DNA from: Selaginella moellendorffii
Taxonomy: Eukaryota; Plantae; Lycopodiophyta
Length of the DNA: 7,783 nucleotides
Reading direction: 5' to 3'
Assembly (NCBI RefSeq): GCF_000143415.4
Contig: NW_003314655.1
Coordinates: 1 to 7,783 of the forward strand
In this document: positions 7,779 through 7,783 of the stretch, one piece after another
Numbering within the stretch: the stretch's first letter is position 1
How the letters are laid out: every line of letters begins with the position of its first letter
Made by a program: the position numbers and the translations under genes
Notes under the pieces: model-generated
Seen by the model: only the letters and a program-made list of their open reading frames with translations
Database searches by the model: none
Told to the model about the DNA's origin: nothing

Positions 7779-7783
7779 GGCAC

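Larger units (their letters stand above)
1..7783. repeat. Tandem array of a 1249-bp unit (about 6.3 copies; last complete unit 1099 bp)
   Basis: The landmark GGAGAGGTGGTAGAGG starts at 334, 1583, 2832, 4081, 5330, 6579 (period 1249) and 7678 (period 1099). The ORF track repeats with the same offset. Interior units differ by only isolated substitutions. Confidence 0.99.

Noticed and set aside
1-7783. CRISPR array
   Set aside because: Units are 1249 and 150 bp with no unique spacers.
1-7783. Concatemer of a small plasmid, CRESS virus, kinetoplast minicircle or viroid-like circle
   Set aside because: No Rep ORF, no TAGTATTAC-type nonanucleotide and no GGGGTTGGTGTA block. Unit-specific variants and a length variant argue against a single template. 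Not fully excluded without raw reads.
1-7783. Hammerhead ribozyme or retrozyme satellite
   Set aside because: I found no CTGANGA core on either strand.

Overview
The whole window is a GC-rich, head-to-tail tandem array of a near-identical 1249-bp unit (about 6.3 copies; the last complete unit is 1099 bp because of a 150-bp deletion). No credible protein-coding gene is present: the long overlapping ORFs arise because the spacer almost lacks TpA and therefore stop codons. Each unit carries one ~100-nt candidate RNA polymerase III gene on the + strand (7 copies, first at 334-433). It has an upstream TATA-like element, internal A and B boxes, a 10-11 bp terminal stem and a T5 terminator. It does not fold as a tRNA or match 5S rRNA, but its layout closely resembles vault RNA. 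The spacer contains two 150-bp subrepeats, each with a perfect B box and a hairpin, plus an inverted-repeat/E-box module. Best interpretation: a homogenised eukaryotic tandem array of a vault-RNA-like Pol III small RNA gene. The organism cannot be determined from the sequence.
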